The notes under the pieces were generated by a model, which did not search any database, was not told where the DNA came from, and saw only the letters and a list, made by a program, of their open reading frames with translations. Positions 24,501-37,211 of a stretch of DNA of 64,000 nt are shown in pieces. The stretch lies in contig NC_042997.1 in the NCBI RefSeq assembly GCF_006345805.1, positions 24,862,001-24,926,000 of the forward strand, in the 5' to 3' direction. This DNA comes from Octopus sinensis. Its lineage: Eukaryota. The position numbers and the translations under genes were made by a program. Each line of letters opens with the position of its first letter. Within the stretch, counting starts at the first letter, position 1.

Positions 24501-25650
24501 AAAATCCTACATAAATGAAGAAACAAAAAATATATATATAAAATATATAAAATAAAAATTTTAAAAGATGGCCGACAAAATGAATTTCGAGTGTGTTTGA
24601 TATTTTAATGAAAACATTACGAAACTTCTTCTCAGATATGTAAACAACCTTGTGTAATCATACTTCCGGAGGAAATAATATGAAATAAAGTTTTGATTCT
24701 GCAATAAAAAAAAAGGGTGAAGAAATTTGAAAATATATTTTGGAATAACAGTTTTTGTTTTCTAAAAATATAATAAACTTCAGGGGAAGTGTTGAAAATA
24801 TAACTTGAAATAACACTCTGTACACACATATACACATTTATACATACATTTACATAAATATTTATATATACATATGTATATATGTACATATGTGTGTGTG
24901 TGTTTGTATATATATATGTGTGTGTGTATGCATGTGTATGTATATATATATATATATATCCATTTATATACATATATATATATACACATATGCGTGTGTG
25001 TGCATCGTAAAAGAGCTATGAGAAATAATTCAGAGTAACTAATGCCATGGATCTGAGAAACACAGAGGTGAGTATAGTAAAATGCAAACTAACGTTCCTG
25101 GTTCATTGACATCAGTTTTGCTTTGACATGAAATAAACAGATATTTGTAACTAGACCTGTGTAACTAGACGCTTTGCACATTTACTGAAGACGTTCAGTC
25201 CATCGTTTCAATAATTTATGACTTTTTGAGAGTACGTCACTAGCATTAGTTGGTTTTTAAATCGATAAGGTCTTTTTTCTGGTCGTTCAAAATATATTTG
25301 AGTCCTTTATTGAAACCCTCGACATATACCCTCTCTGTTGCCCACTATATTTCTTCTTTCATGTTATTTTTCGCACGTTTCTACTCCAATGTTTCGTTAA
25401 TGGTTTGTTAGATGTTTGCATATATCTCTGTAAGATGTCACAAGAATTAGTGCTTTTATTCTATATAATTCCTGGATGAGTCTAACTTCTCCCTTGTAGG
25501 ATCATTGAAATCAAACCAGACTTTGTGTTCTGAGTCGAGCTTTTCAATTGCAATTTTAGCTCAGTGGTATGGGAGCGCAAATTTGGATTTTAGTACCATA
25601 GCCTTTCTATATAATTCTCTAATAATTTAAATTTAAAAAATCATACTCAC

Positions 25651-25860
25651 GATTCTTCCGGTGACAAACGGAGAGAAGAGGACAGAAAGAGTTATTGCTG
25701 CTAAAGAGATCTCGTTACTCAATTACTTCAACATAGTTTTGGCATTGACCAGAGGAATTGGGAAACCATAATCACAATCAACACGAGGCGGATTCATTCT
25801 TTGAGAGATTTGGTAATTCTTCAATAAAAATCGTCGATGAACATTCCGAGATTCTAGGAA
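25651..25860 (-). other. Possible spliced exon (non-coding or UTR), 210 bp
   Basis: Non-repetitive sequence bounded on the minus strand by ...ATTTTCAG and GTGAGTAT. All three frames contain stops. Confidence 0.25.
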
Positions 25861-26944
25861 CTGAAAATTAATGTATAATTAAGAATAAGTGCTTAATGAC
25901 AATAGTTCAGATGCGGTCTAGCGTTTGAGTAGTCACTGAAATATCATATTGCATTAAGGGGTTTGTTTACTATAAAATGTTCATTTAAAGACAAAAGCAC
26001 CAAAGGACTTTCTATCTTATACTACACACACACACACATACACACACACACACACACACAGACACATTCATGCAAGCACACATACACGCACAAACACATA
26101 CACGCACAAACACATACGTACATACATATACAGTGAGGGTGCGATAGCCTAGTTGTTAGATTGTTACGTACACGGTTGCGATAATATGGTTTCAATTTGT
26201 GGTGCATTGTGTTATTGGGCAAAACACTTCCTCTCACGTTGCTCTGAGATTACGCGTGGTATACTGTGCACCAGTCTAGAAAACGCCGATTTGGTAGAGA
26301 GAGTGAGCTAATGTACAGCATATATAATATATTTCTTTAAAAACATTTCTGCAGGTTGTTCAGCAAGAAATAGCAGGACCATCTTTCTCGGACTATGTTT
26401 GACTGTTGCCATCATCAGCGATATATATATATATGCAAAATTTAGGTGAGTTAAGATATGTTTGTTTACATTTTTCAACTGCTAAAAGGCAAATACACTG
26501 CAGTTACCGTGCAGAAAATATTTCTCTTATAGTAAAAGGTGTGAAAACACTCGGTGTGTTCAGTGTCGCCATCTATGAGGAATCCAAAACATCGATGCTT
26601 CGAGTTTATTGACTCTCGTCAACGGAATGTACCTAAGAGAGATAACTCTGGAAAGTTATATATGTATTTGTACAAATATATGTATTTGTATGTATGTATA
26701 TATATGTATGTATATGTATGTATATGTATATATGTTTATATATATATATGTATGTATATATATATATATATATGTATATGTATGTATATGTATGTATATG
26801 AAAATGCTGTTGGCAACGAAAATTCTAGTGTACATTTACTACCAAAAGCTTAGTGGAATTAAAGTGATTTAACCTTACATAAAAATTTTCAGATTCTCTC
26901 CATATTTTTAATTATCGAACCTCATAGAATAAAAGAGGATATAT

Positions 26945-27150
26945 TTCTTTATTGCCCACAAGGGGCCAAACATAGAGGGGACAGACAAAGGGATCAAGTC
27001 AATTACATAGACCCCTATGCGCAACTGGTACCCAACTTATCGACCCCGAAAGGATGAAAGCAAAGTCGACCTCGGCGGAACGTGAACTCACAACGCAACG
27101 GCAGACGAAATGCGGCTACGCATTTCGCCCGGCGTGCTAACGTTTCTGCC
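26945..27150 (-). mobile_element. SINE family B
   Basis: Reverse complement of the family B head, body and TAATAAAGAAATA-type tail. Confidence 0.8.
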
Positions 27151-28131
27151 AAAAAAGAGGATAGTCAGTTTTTACCTTTTGTTGTTTCAACATACTGAGG
27201 TCATTAGTACAGGCATGGACACTACAACTTTCCATTTCCATTTTGTTCAAACATTTGAGAGATCGATTTTTCGTTAGATGGCCCATTTAAAAAAAGTTCT
27301 TACGACCAGATTTAAGAATATATATGTATATGTATGTATATGTATGTATATGTATATATATATATATATATGCATTATCTGAGCTTTCTAGATTGTTAGT
27401 ATCTCATCACTGCTGGACTACTTTTGGTTCTGAAGCCGTTGTTTACTTATAATCTTGCTACATATGAAAGAGTTTGAAGCCTACCATTTGTAACAAATTT
27501 AAGAAGATTGCGCTCTTTGTTAGTTGTTTTCAAGTAGACAACATACTCACACACACACGCACACACACATATATATAAAGAATGTGTTAAATCACTATTC
27601 CATTTATACAAAAACAGCCATACCAACAATCAAACATGCAGCCATCATCAGCTGTCACACGAATATTATTGTGGTTTTGACACCTGGGCACTACCATTCA
27701 ATATATGAGAGTCAGAACAAGAAGAGGGAACAGTCAGTGACCAGGGTATAGCGAGAAGTAGAAACAGAGGTGCTGAGTCGGGAGGTGCTTGCATGAAAGG
27801 ATTACATTTTTGCCTTGTAAAAAGTGAAATCGCCAAACATATTAAGGAAGAAGCCCGTCGTATATATATATACCTATGTATGTATCTTTTTTGTATGTGT
27901 GTTTGTACCCCCCCCCCTATCAGTTTGGCAGTTGGCGGTTTCGTAATAGAATGAGTGGCAGGTAGTAGAAAAATAAGTTCTGGACTCCATTTGTTTGATT
28001 AAACCCTTCCAGACGGTGCTACTGCATGGCCGCAGTTCAATAACTGAAAGAACTAAGATATACATGCATATGTATAAACATATATAAATAAATAAATGCA
28101 CACACACACATATGCATACATAAATACATAC

Positions 28132-28183
<52 letters not shown>

Positions 28184-28849
28184 ATATATATATGTGTGTG
28201 TGTGTGTGTATGTGTATACCTGTCTATGTATTTATGTATGTATGTATGTACGATCATAAGCCTTCACCGTCAAGGCAGTCAATGTTTATCACTACTCGAC
28301 CGAAAAAAAAGTGAAAATTTTGCTAGTTTCAAACATTAAATTATGATAAATAATACCCTGAAATGAAAAGGTATCTCATTACCAACTTTAAGGCAACTGG
28401 TTGCCTTGAGAATATTCGGCAGGATCTAATTGAATTTCAGATCCAATTAAATATAAATGCGCAAAATCCCTTTAGTTGATGCAAAAAAAGGCCTTAAACT
28501 TTATAAAATCTTATAGACAAAGACTCTATGTACCATAAAGATATTTCACATACATGAACAGCCTCACACACCACACGGAAAAAACAAACTCACGTACATA
28601 CAGCATACACGTACATACAGCATACATACAATCATGTATATTCTTAACAGCATGCATAATTGTAATTTTAGCCGACGTTTTTCAAGACAAAGAAGAATGT
28701 GTAAATAAATACACTAGACTATTAGCATCAAAACCTGTACACGCGTATATATATATATATCTATATATATAATAAATATTAGGAAATAAATCCAAATTTA
28801 CAGGGAAAAAAATCAGATTTATGATTAAATCGATTTTATAGTAAAATAT

Positions 28850-29189
28850 TATAAAATATTATTCGAGACAAAACCACTATTTTGCAAAACAAACAAGGAA
28901 AGACTTAATCAATACATAAAATTTTAATAAATAGTCAAAAAAACCGCCACTACAATCGTTTCTTGTCTTGATCGACAATCTTCAGGTGGACTTCCAATAA
29001 TTCAGTGTCAAATTATGAAGTCATAATTTGACACTGAATTATTGGAAGTCCACCTGAAGATTGTCGATCAAGACAAGAAACGATTGTAGTGGCGGTTTTT
29101 TTGACTATTTATTAAAATTTTATGTATTGATTAAGTCTTTCCTTGTTTGTTTTGCAAAATAGTGGTTTTGTCTCGAATAATATTTTATA
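28850..29189. repeat. Perfect 340-bp palindrome (169-bp arms, 2-nt centre AG at 29019-29020)
   Basis: CAAATTATGA-AG-TCATAATTTG at the centre. The arms read complementary out to TATAAAATATT / AATATTTTATA. Confidence 0.95.
29050..29092 (+). ncRNA. Minimal type I hammerhead ribozyme motif (mirror copy on the minus strand at 28947-28989)
   Basis: ccac-CTGAAGA-ttgtc(gatcaa)gacaa-GAAA-c(gatt)g-TA-gtgg; all conserved core positions present. Confidence 0.8.
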
Positions 29190-29595
29190 TCTATATATAT
29201 ATATATATATATATATAAATATTCATACATGTATATATACACACAAACACACACACACACAAACACACATACACACACACACATATATATATATATAAAG
29301 ATGTATGCATGCAAATATATACATACATGCATGTATGTATATACATATGTATGTGTATGCCCATACACACAAACACATATAGCAAACATACAGTGACACA
29401 TGCAGTGGCGCATTCAACAACATTATGTATATATTTGTATACATGTATATATGTATATTATACATGTGTTTGTCTGGAGAGAGAATAGTAGATAGATATT
29501 TCTGTATTCTCATTTAAAAGTGTATACACGCATACACACATATATAGATATACATACAAACACACACAGGAGCGCGTACACACACACACATATAT

Positions 29596-30057
29596 ATATT
29601 GTTATATTTCGGGATGGTCATTTATTTTCTTGCCAAATATACACATGCACTATATATTCGTTCTTCAATCGTTCATTATTGTTCTTATTTTATCTTATGT
29701 CCAATGTCTGGAATTCTTTCTTCACACACCTGTGACCTCTTCAATGTCTCTTCCATCCACGTCTATCCTCCCGTTCTGTTCAGTGTATTCTTTCGAAATA
29801 TAGAATTTCAGCGTCTTACTAGTCTGGCAGTAGCTCACGTTGTTAGATCTATGAATTCGTTTTGCAAGATTTCTTATGTCTCGTCTGTGACCTCTTCTGA
29901 ATGGACTAAATAGGACAGGTGGATACACGTGGATGGAAGAGTTGCTGAAAAGGTCACAGATGTGTGATGAAAGATTTCGGACAAATAAACGAGTGAAGAA
30001 TGAATATATAGTACTTGTGTTTATTTGGGAAAAATGACCGTCCCAAAATATAACATT
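29596..30057. repeat. Imperfect long inverted repeat (MITE-like)
   Basis: TTGTTATATTTCGGGATGGTCATTT...CTGTGACCTCTTCAATGTCTCTTCCATCCACGT versus ACGTGGATGGAAGAGTTGCTGAAAAGGTCACAG...AAATGACCGTCCCAAAATATAACA. Confidence 0.6.
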
Positions 30058-30464
30058 ATCTGTTTTAACACACGATTTCACATCAGGAATCTTGCAAAGC
30101 AAATTAATGAACATATATGTATACATACACACGCGCACCTTCAGTTTGGGCTCACCACTACTTTATTATCTCCCCTTCTTCTTAGCTCTCCTGTCTGGCC
30201 ACCTCTGTCCGGCATTCGCTATGATTGATCGCTAGCCACTAAATCTTTTTATATTTTCTTTCTCTGTTTATTTCTCTGTTCCTTTCTGTCGAAGAGCGTA
30301 GGCTCGAAACATAAAAGACTTTTTCAGTTCCTTACCGTGGAACTAATACACCTGTTTGTTGTTTACACACCCATCTTCGTCTTTTGTTTTGTTTGTTTTT
30401 TGTAAATTCCAATTATATATATATATATATAATATATATATATATAAATATATATATGTATATA

Positions 30465-30536
<72 letters not shown>

Positions 30537-30544
30537 AACTTAGA

Positions 30545-30890
30545 TAAACTTAGATATGCTTCGACCAAAGATTGGTCCAGGCCATGTCTAACTTAATAAT
30601 CATGTTAGGATTATCTGAATCCTGTTTCAGTTAAGTTTTGTTTATGGTCCATTCAAGTAGTGAGTTTTTGTTGGGTGAGTTGTATCCAATTATGGGTGGC
30701 TTATCTGGTATTTCTTGAAGGAATCTATCCAGACTCCGTTTAACGTTGATGGGATCCTTTTCCTCTTTGATCTCTTTCGGGACAATGTTAAATAGGGCAG
30801 GGCCTGTTGAGGAAAAGAAATTATGTTGCAGTGTCCATGTACGCTGTGATCTTGAATTGGGCAGGAGACGTATGGCCCGTTGTCCCAGAT
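30545..30890 (-). mobile_element. CR1-like LINE 3' end fragment
   Basis: Minus frame GPALFNIVPKEIKEEKDPINVKRSLDRFLQEIPDKPPIIGYNSPNKNSLLEW, then 3' UTR with tandem TCTAAGTTT repeats. Confidence 0.75.
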
Positions 30891-30935
30891 ATGTATATAT
30901 ATATATGTATGCATATATATGTATATATATATGTA

Positions 30936-30978
<43 letters not shown>

Positions 30979-31169
30979 CGGGAAGCTTTATGAAAATAGA
31001 CAAAAGACGAAGGCAGGTGGAAAACAAACGAACAATTGTATTAGTATGGCGCTCAGGAAATATAAATAAAACAAGTCTTTAACGTTTCGAGCCTACGCTC
31101 TTCAACAGAAAGATACACAGAGAGAAAAAAAACACAGAAAGAAGGAGAGAAAAAAAATGCGTGCTGTAG

Positions 31170-31259
<90 letters not shown>

Positions 31260-31309
31260 TATATATGTATGTATGTATATATATATATGTATGTATATAT
31301 ATATATATA

Positions 31310-31590
31310 TAAATAATAAATATTAGGGAATAAATCCAAATTTACAGGGAAAAAATCAGATTTATGATTAAATCGATTTTATAGTAAAATATTATAAAAT
31401 ATTATTCGAGACAAAACCACTATTTTGCAAAACAAACAAGGAAAGACTAATTAATACATAAAATTTTAATAAATAGTCAAAAAAAACCGCCACTACAATC
31501 GTTTCTTGTCTTGGTCGACAAACTTCAGGTGGACTTCTGAATTAGCCTTTCCTTGTTTGTTTTGCAAAATAGTGGTTTTGTCTCGAATAA
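31310..31590. repeat. Second copy of the 28.76-29.19 kb element, with partial fold-back and a minus-strand hammerhead (31490-31532)
   Basis: Near-identical to 28760-28990. The inverted segment ends at the same AATAATATTTTATA junction; the hammerhead core reads CTGAAGT (A9 changed). Confidence 0.85.
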
Positions 31591-31642
31591 TATTTTATAT
31601 ATATATATATATATATATGAAAGAGAGTAAGAGTGAGGGAGA

Positions 31643-31673
<31 letters not shown>

Positions 31674-32417
31674 AGTGAAAAATGGTTGATATTTGTGTGT
31701 CTGTAATTTGTTTTAATTATCCGACTTCTTACATGTAAGGAGCTATTTTCTAAGAAAGAAATGGAGCTCCTCTGTTAGAATTTGGATTACATCGATAGAG
31801 ATCGAAATGTCGAAGTTGGGAAAAGACTTACACTTTTATGTTTTGCTAATTAGCTCTGTTTGCAAGGCACATCTTTTATGATTGACCCTCTTTGTAATTA
31901 TAGCTTGAATCTTTGTAACACAACCAAGTGCTCTGAACAGAGAAGCAATAAGTCTCGAAAAATTTATCATAAATGTTTGTCATTGTATCTAATATAATTT
32001 TCCCCCCATTTTCTGGGTAGCTAACCTCTCCTGTACTCAGGAACAACTTTCTTTCTATTTTTCAGTTTTTGTGGCGTTGCATAGTGGAAGGTAATATTTT
32101 AGAGACACGTTGGGAATTTGCTGTTCATACAGGTAATATATTCAAGAAAAATACGGCATCATCAATATTTTCTATTCCATGTTAAATGCTTAAAAACAAT
32201 GCTTCTTTTATCCGCTTGTTATATGTATTGTAACTGTACTCAGCTTTCGACAGGAAAGTAATACACTTCAAAAGTCGACTTGATGCAATTTTACGGGACC
32301 AAGAATGGTTACGCTTTCTGTTAATGTTAGTTCAAAATTCAGGAAATATAACGAAGCATAACACTCTGTAATTCATTAATCATTTATTTTATTTAGCAGA
32401 TGCCATCTGTATCATGA

Positions 32418-32660
32418 TGGAGGCGCGTGGCTTACTGGTTAGGGTGTCAGCATAATGATCATAAGATTGTGGTTTCGATTCCTGGACCGGGCGACGCATT
32501 GTGTTCTTGAGCAAAACACTTCATTTCACGTTGCTCCAGTCCACTCAGCTGGCAAAAATGAGTAACGCTGCGATGGACTCGCGTCCCGTCCAGCTGGGGA
32601 ACACATACGCCATAGAAACCGGGAAACCGGGCCCATGAGCCTGGCATTTATTATTATTTT
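32418..32660 (+). mobile_element. tRNA-derived SINE, family C, with 13-bp target site duplication
   Basis: Head GGAGGCGCGTGGCTTACTGGTTAGGG...GGTTTCGATTCC; ATCTGTATCATGA at 32405-32417 and 32661-32673. Confidence 0.9.
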
Positions 32661-33709
32661 ATCTGTATCATGACAAATTTCTTTCAAAACGTTCAGGACT
32701 AAACGGAAGCATCTCCATCTTTTCTTCTTCCATTTGATGTCAGGATCTTGCGGAGTTTGAATACCTATGGGGCAATTTTCCTCTGGAGAATATTCAAGTA
32801 TACTAAATATTGTTACCAGTACAAGTATTGCAAATATAGTGCGGGATACATTAAAAAAGTCTTCAGATTAATTAAGATCTGGTCATTCTTGCTCATAGCA
32901 CATCTTTATCGAAGAATTTTTATGCCCATTGTGTAGAATGGGAAATACAAAATCTTTTAATTCAAATATATTAAGTTAAATAACATTTTTTGTTATTCAG
33001 CCACTAAATATGAACATTCCTTTTGGCAAAATTTCATCCCTGTTTATCAGATGATGTTACTAAAGCCAGCTATTTCTCAGTATTGTAAATGTTTCCTGAA
33101 TATAACTGTAGATCACCGACAATTAGAAATTCTGTTGGCCTTCCTATTTGCTGTAGACCCTAAAACGTATGTATCGACATATGAGCCTATGGTATGTGTC
33201 CATATAAATATTACTATGTGCATTACATGATACACACACACATACACAATCACAATCACACAGTCACACGAGCACAGAATCATACGGGCACAGAAACACG
33301 CACACATATATGCTAATATCATATTTTAAACTGAATAATTAGTAAATTATTTTTTGATACCAAAATCTATTGCTTCTAGTCAATCTGACGTCAGGCCATC
33401 TGTTTTGCTTATGGCGTACAGAGAAGATCTTACAAGAACGAAAGAGTTAAGTTACCACCGTAGTTAGCCATGGCTAAACTCACTCTCTTTGTATGTATCT
33501 TCTTGAATTATGATTAATTAGATATACAGGGACACGACTTCTACAGATAATAATTATAGGAGAAATTATCCAAACTGTTGGACGAAATAATGAACAGACC
33601 ATAATTTATATAAGAGTTCTGCTCCTTGCCCCATTTGAGAAAGGTTTTCATTTAAGCTAAACACTTCTGCTAACGGTTATAATTCAAGTAAAGAAATTTG
33701 GTATATCAG

Positions 33710-33740
<31 letters not shown>

Positions 33741-33791
33741 GTACATATATATTATATGCATGTATATACTTTTACATACATATATATATAT

Positions 33792-33974
<183 letters not shown>

Positions 33975-36347
33975 ATTATGCACTAATGCACTTATTTGTC
34001 TTGATACAGAGAACCCAATGCCAGTACCACATACAAAGTCTTTAAAGCAGTGTGTATTGAAGGCATATGTGTACTTGTGTAGTGCATGTGTGTATATAAA
34101 GATATAGATATGTGTGTGTGTGCATGAAATTTTATCTCCCCTATACTTTATAAACCCCCAATGAACTTATTATACATCGACATCTATCCTTGCAAAAAAT
34201 TCTGAAATTTTTTTTTCATAATTATAATGTTTAGTTTAAGATTTTTCATAATTAAAAACTGTCATTCGAATTTACATTTTCAATAAAACACGTAATTCTT
34301 TTTTTGAAGTAGAGCTTTCTCTTAGAGATATAATTTACATGAATTAAATAGGGATTTTATTTGATTTTAATTATGACTAAACTTGGTGAAATGGCGAAAA
34401 TGCATTTATGTTAATTTTTTTTTTAAAAAGTGCATTTTCTAAAAAGATACAACAACATAAAGAAGGTGGATAAAATGCTAGAACCTAGAAAAAATTGAGC
34501 CCATTTCTCTTTCTTACACTTTACTCGCCGATATACATAAATACAAGGGCACATTGAAAGTGACTCCAGAGTTTGAGACTGGAATACTTACATTATCGAT
34601 ATTTGAACAGAGAATATGAAACGTACATGTGCATCTAGGACCCCACCTACTACATGCACAAAGGCACGTGGACACACACACATGCATATATATAAAGGAT
34701 AATTATCGTAAATATTCTGACACACTTCTCTTCGTCTCTTCGCCTTAACTGGGTTTCTCTTTCCAGAATCACCAGAGACCCTATCACTGGGTTATTAAAA
34801 GCAACGCCTTTAATTTCTTTCCACCGCTGATGGTTTTTTTACACCAGCAACCGAATTAATCTCAACAGTCTGGGAATGCATGCAAAGTCCATGGTCATAC
34901 CCCTCATTCCAATAGTAACTCATAAAATTCTGGAATGTTTTAATTGACAGACTTAAATAATCAATGAATTAGAATAATTTGATCTGCTCGATAAAATCTT
35001 ATTTTTATCAGCAGTGTAGATTGTATGAAGACAAAAGTACATTATCTTATTCATTTTCCTGTCGAGATATTAGATTATCAAATCTCTGACTAGTATGTAA
35101 AGCTAACAAGAGTGAACAATTAAAAATGAGCTATGAGACCATCTCTCCGCGTAGGTGTACATTAAATCGCGTTGCAGATAAGAAACCAAATAAAGGAGAT
35201 AAAATGCTTGACCATTCAAAAACCCGGAGACGTGTCCACTAAGTTGGTGCTTAACTTGGGTGAACAAAAATATCTTCTCTGAAAGGGAACTATCCGACAC
35301 CAATTTTTCCGAGTTTCTTATAGGGTCGAGTACTTCGGTCTGGAAGATAAGTAATTTGAGAAACTAAGAAGCTAGTTTACTCATTACGTGGTACCTAGTT
35401 CGATCCTACTGTGCATCGTTTGTGTAAATATTTTTAATAAAAATTTAGAGTCAACCAAAGCTTTGTGAGGGAAAATTCATAGTCGGCCGCCCTCTTCAAA
35501 GCAATCAGATACATTCTAAACGTAGGTTGAAGGTTCAATTTTGTCACACTACTGTGCTCATTCATTCATATCAATGGCACGAGTGTTCTGCGGAATACTC
35601 AGCCATTTACACTACAACAATGAATAGGCAGACCTGATGATTTAACAGATGGAAACATCATTTGTTGAAAATGACGTCCATTCATTCATTTATATTTATT
35701 TTTCAGACATAGAATTAATTGCTGCAAAAGATAATTAATTTAACACACACGCACACACACGCGTGCGCACACACACACACACACACACATATCTTTAGGC
35801 ATTATATTAGGCATTTTATTAATTCTATATTTCTGCTATTTGATTAGTTTTATTCTTAGATTAGGTTTCAAGATTTAGAATACTTCTTTTTTTTTTTTGG
35901 TGTTACTAGTTTCGATATTAAATTTTTTTCTGATTTATACACGTTCTCTGACTGGAGCCCTGGAACATGATCGGAGAATAGACAAATCGAAGGAGAGATA
36001 AACATGTAAAGCAAAAAGAAAGTTGAATTTATTTCCGAATGTAATCCGTGATACGTTTATTTAATACGTAAAACGAGATAAGTATCATCAATATAAAAAA
36101 AAAACAAAAAAACATTCCACTAACCATTTGATAAATTACAATCTAACCGACTCCGATTTGATAGGTATTTTAACAAAACAGAAGAGAAAGCAATATTATA
36201 GAATTCAGGGCTTTAAATTATTATAAATTATACAGAGAACATTAATGATGGAATTTAAGAAAAATTGCACTCGTGATTAACTAGCACGATGTGCTTTCTA
36301 ATGGATGTATGTGTGTGTGTGAGTATGTATGTATGTATGTATGTATG

Positions 36348-36390
<43 letters not shown>

Positions 36391-36443
36391 TGTGTGGGTG
36401 AGGTGTATGTTTGTATGCGAGTGCACAAAAATATGCAATAAAA

Positions 36444-37211
36444 ACAGACGACGTTCTGGCAGAAACGTTAGCACGCCGGGCGAAATGCGTAGCCGTATTA
36501 CCTTTGCCGCTACGTTCTGAGTTCAAATTCCGCCGGGGTCGACTTTGCCTTTCATCTTTTCGGGGTCGATAAATTAAGTACCAATTACGCACTGGGGTCG
36601 ATATAATCGACTTAATCCGTGTGTCTGTCCTTGTTTGTCCCCTCTATGTTTAGCCCCTTGTGGGTAATAAAGAAATAGGTATTTCGTCTGCCGCTACGTT
36701 CTGAGTTCAAATTCCGCCGGGGTCGACTTTGCTTTTCATCCTTTCGGGGTCGATAAATTAAGTACCAATTACGCACTGGGGTCGATATAATCGACTTAAT
36801 CCGTGTGTCTGTCCTTGTTTGTCCCCTCTGCGTTTAGCCCCTTGTGAGCAGTAAAGAAATAAGTATATCGTCTGCCGCTACGTTCTGAGTTCAAATTCCG
36901 CCGAGGTCGACTTTGCCTTTAATCCTTTCGGAGTCGATAAATTAAGTACCAATTACGCACTGCGGTCGATATAATCGACTTAATCCGTGTGTCTGTCCTT
37001 GTTTGTCCCCTCTGCGTTTAGCCCCTTGTGAGCAGTAAAGAAATAAGTATATCGTCTGCCGCTACGTTCTGAGTTCAAATTCCGCCGGGGTCGACTTTGC
37101 CTTTAATCCTTTCGGAGTCGATAAATTAAATACCAGTTGCGTACTGAGGTCGATCTAATCGACTGGCTCCCTCCCCCAAAATTTCGGGCCTTGTGTCTAG
37201 AGTAGAAAAAA
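36444..37211 (+). mobile_element. SINE family B tetramer: one head plus four 184-bp-period body units
   Basis: Unit starts at 36497, 36681, 36865 and 37049. The last unit carries an alternative tail. ATGCAATAAAA flanks at 36433 and 37212. Confidence 0.9.

Noticed and set aside
36497-37211. Regular 184-bp repeats resembling a CRISPR-like or satellite array
   Set aside because: There are no unique spacers; the units are SINE-B bodies.
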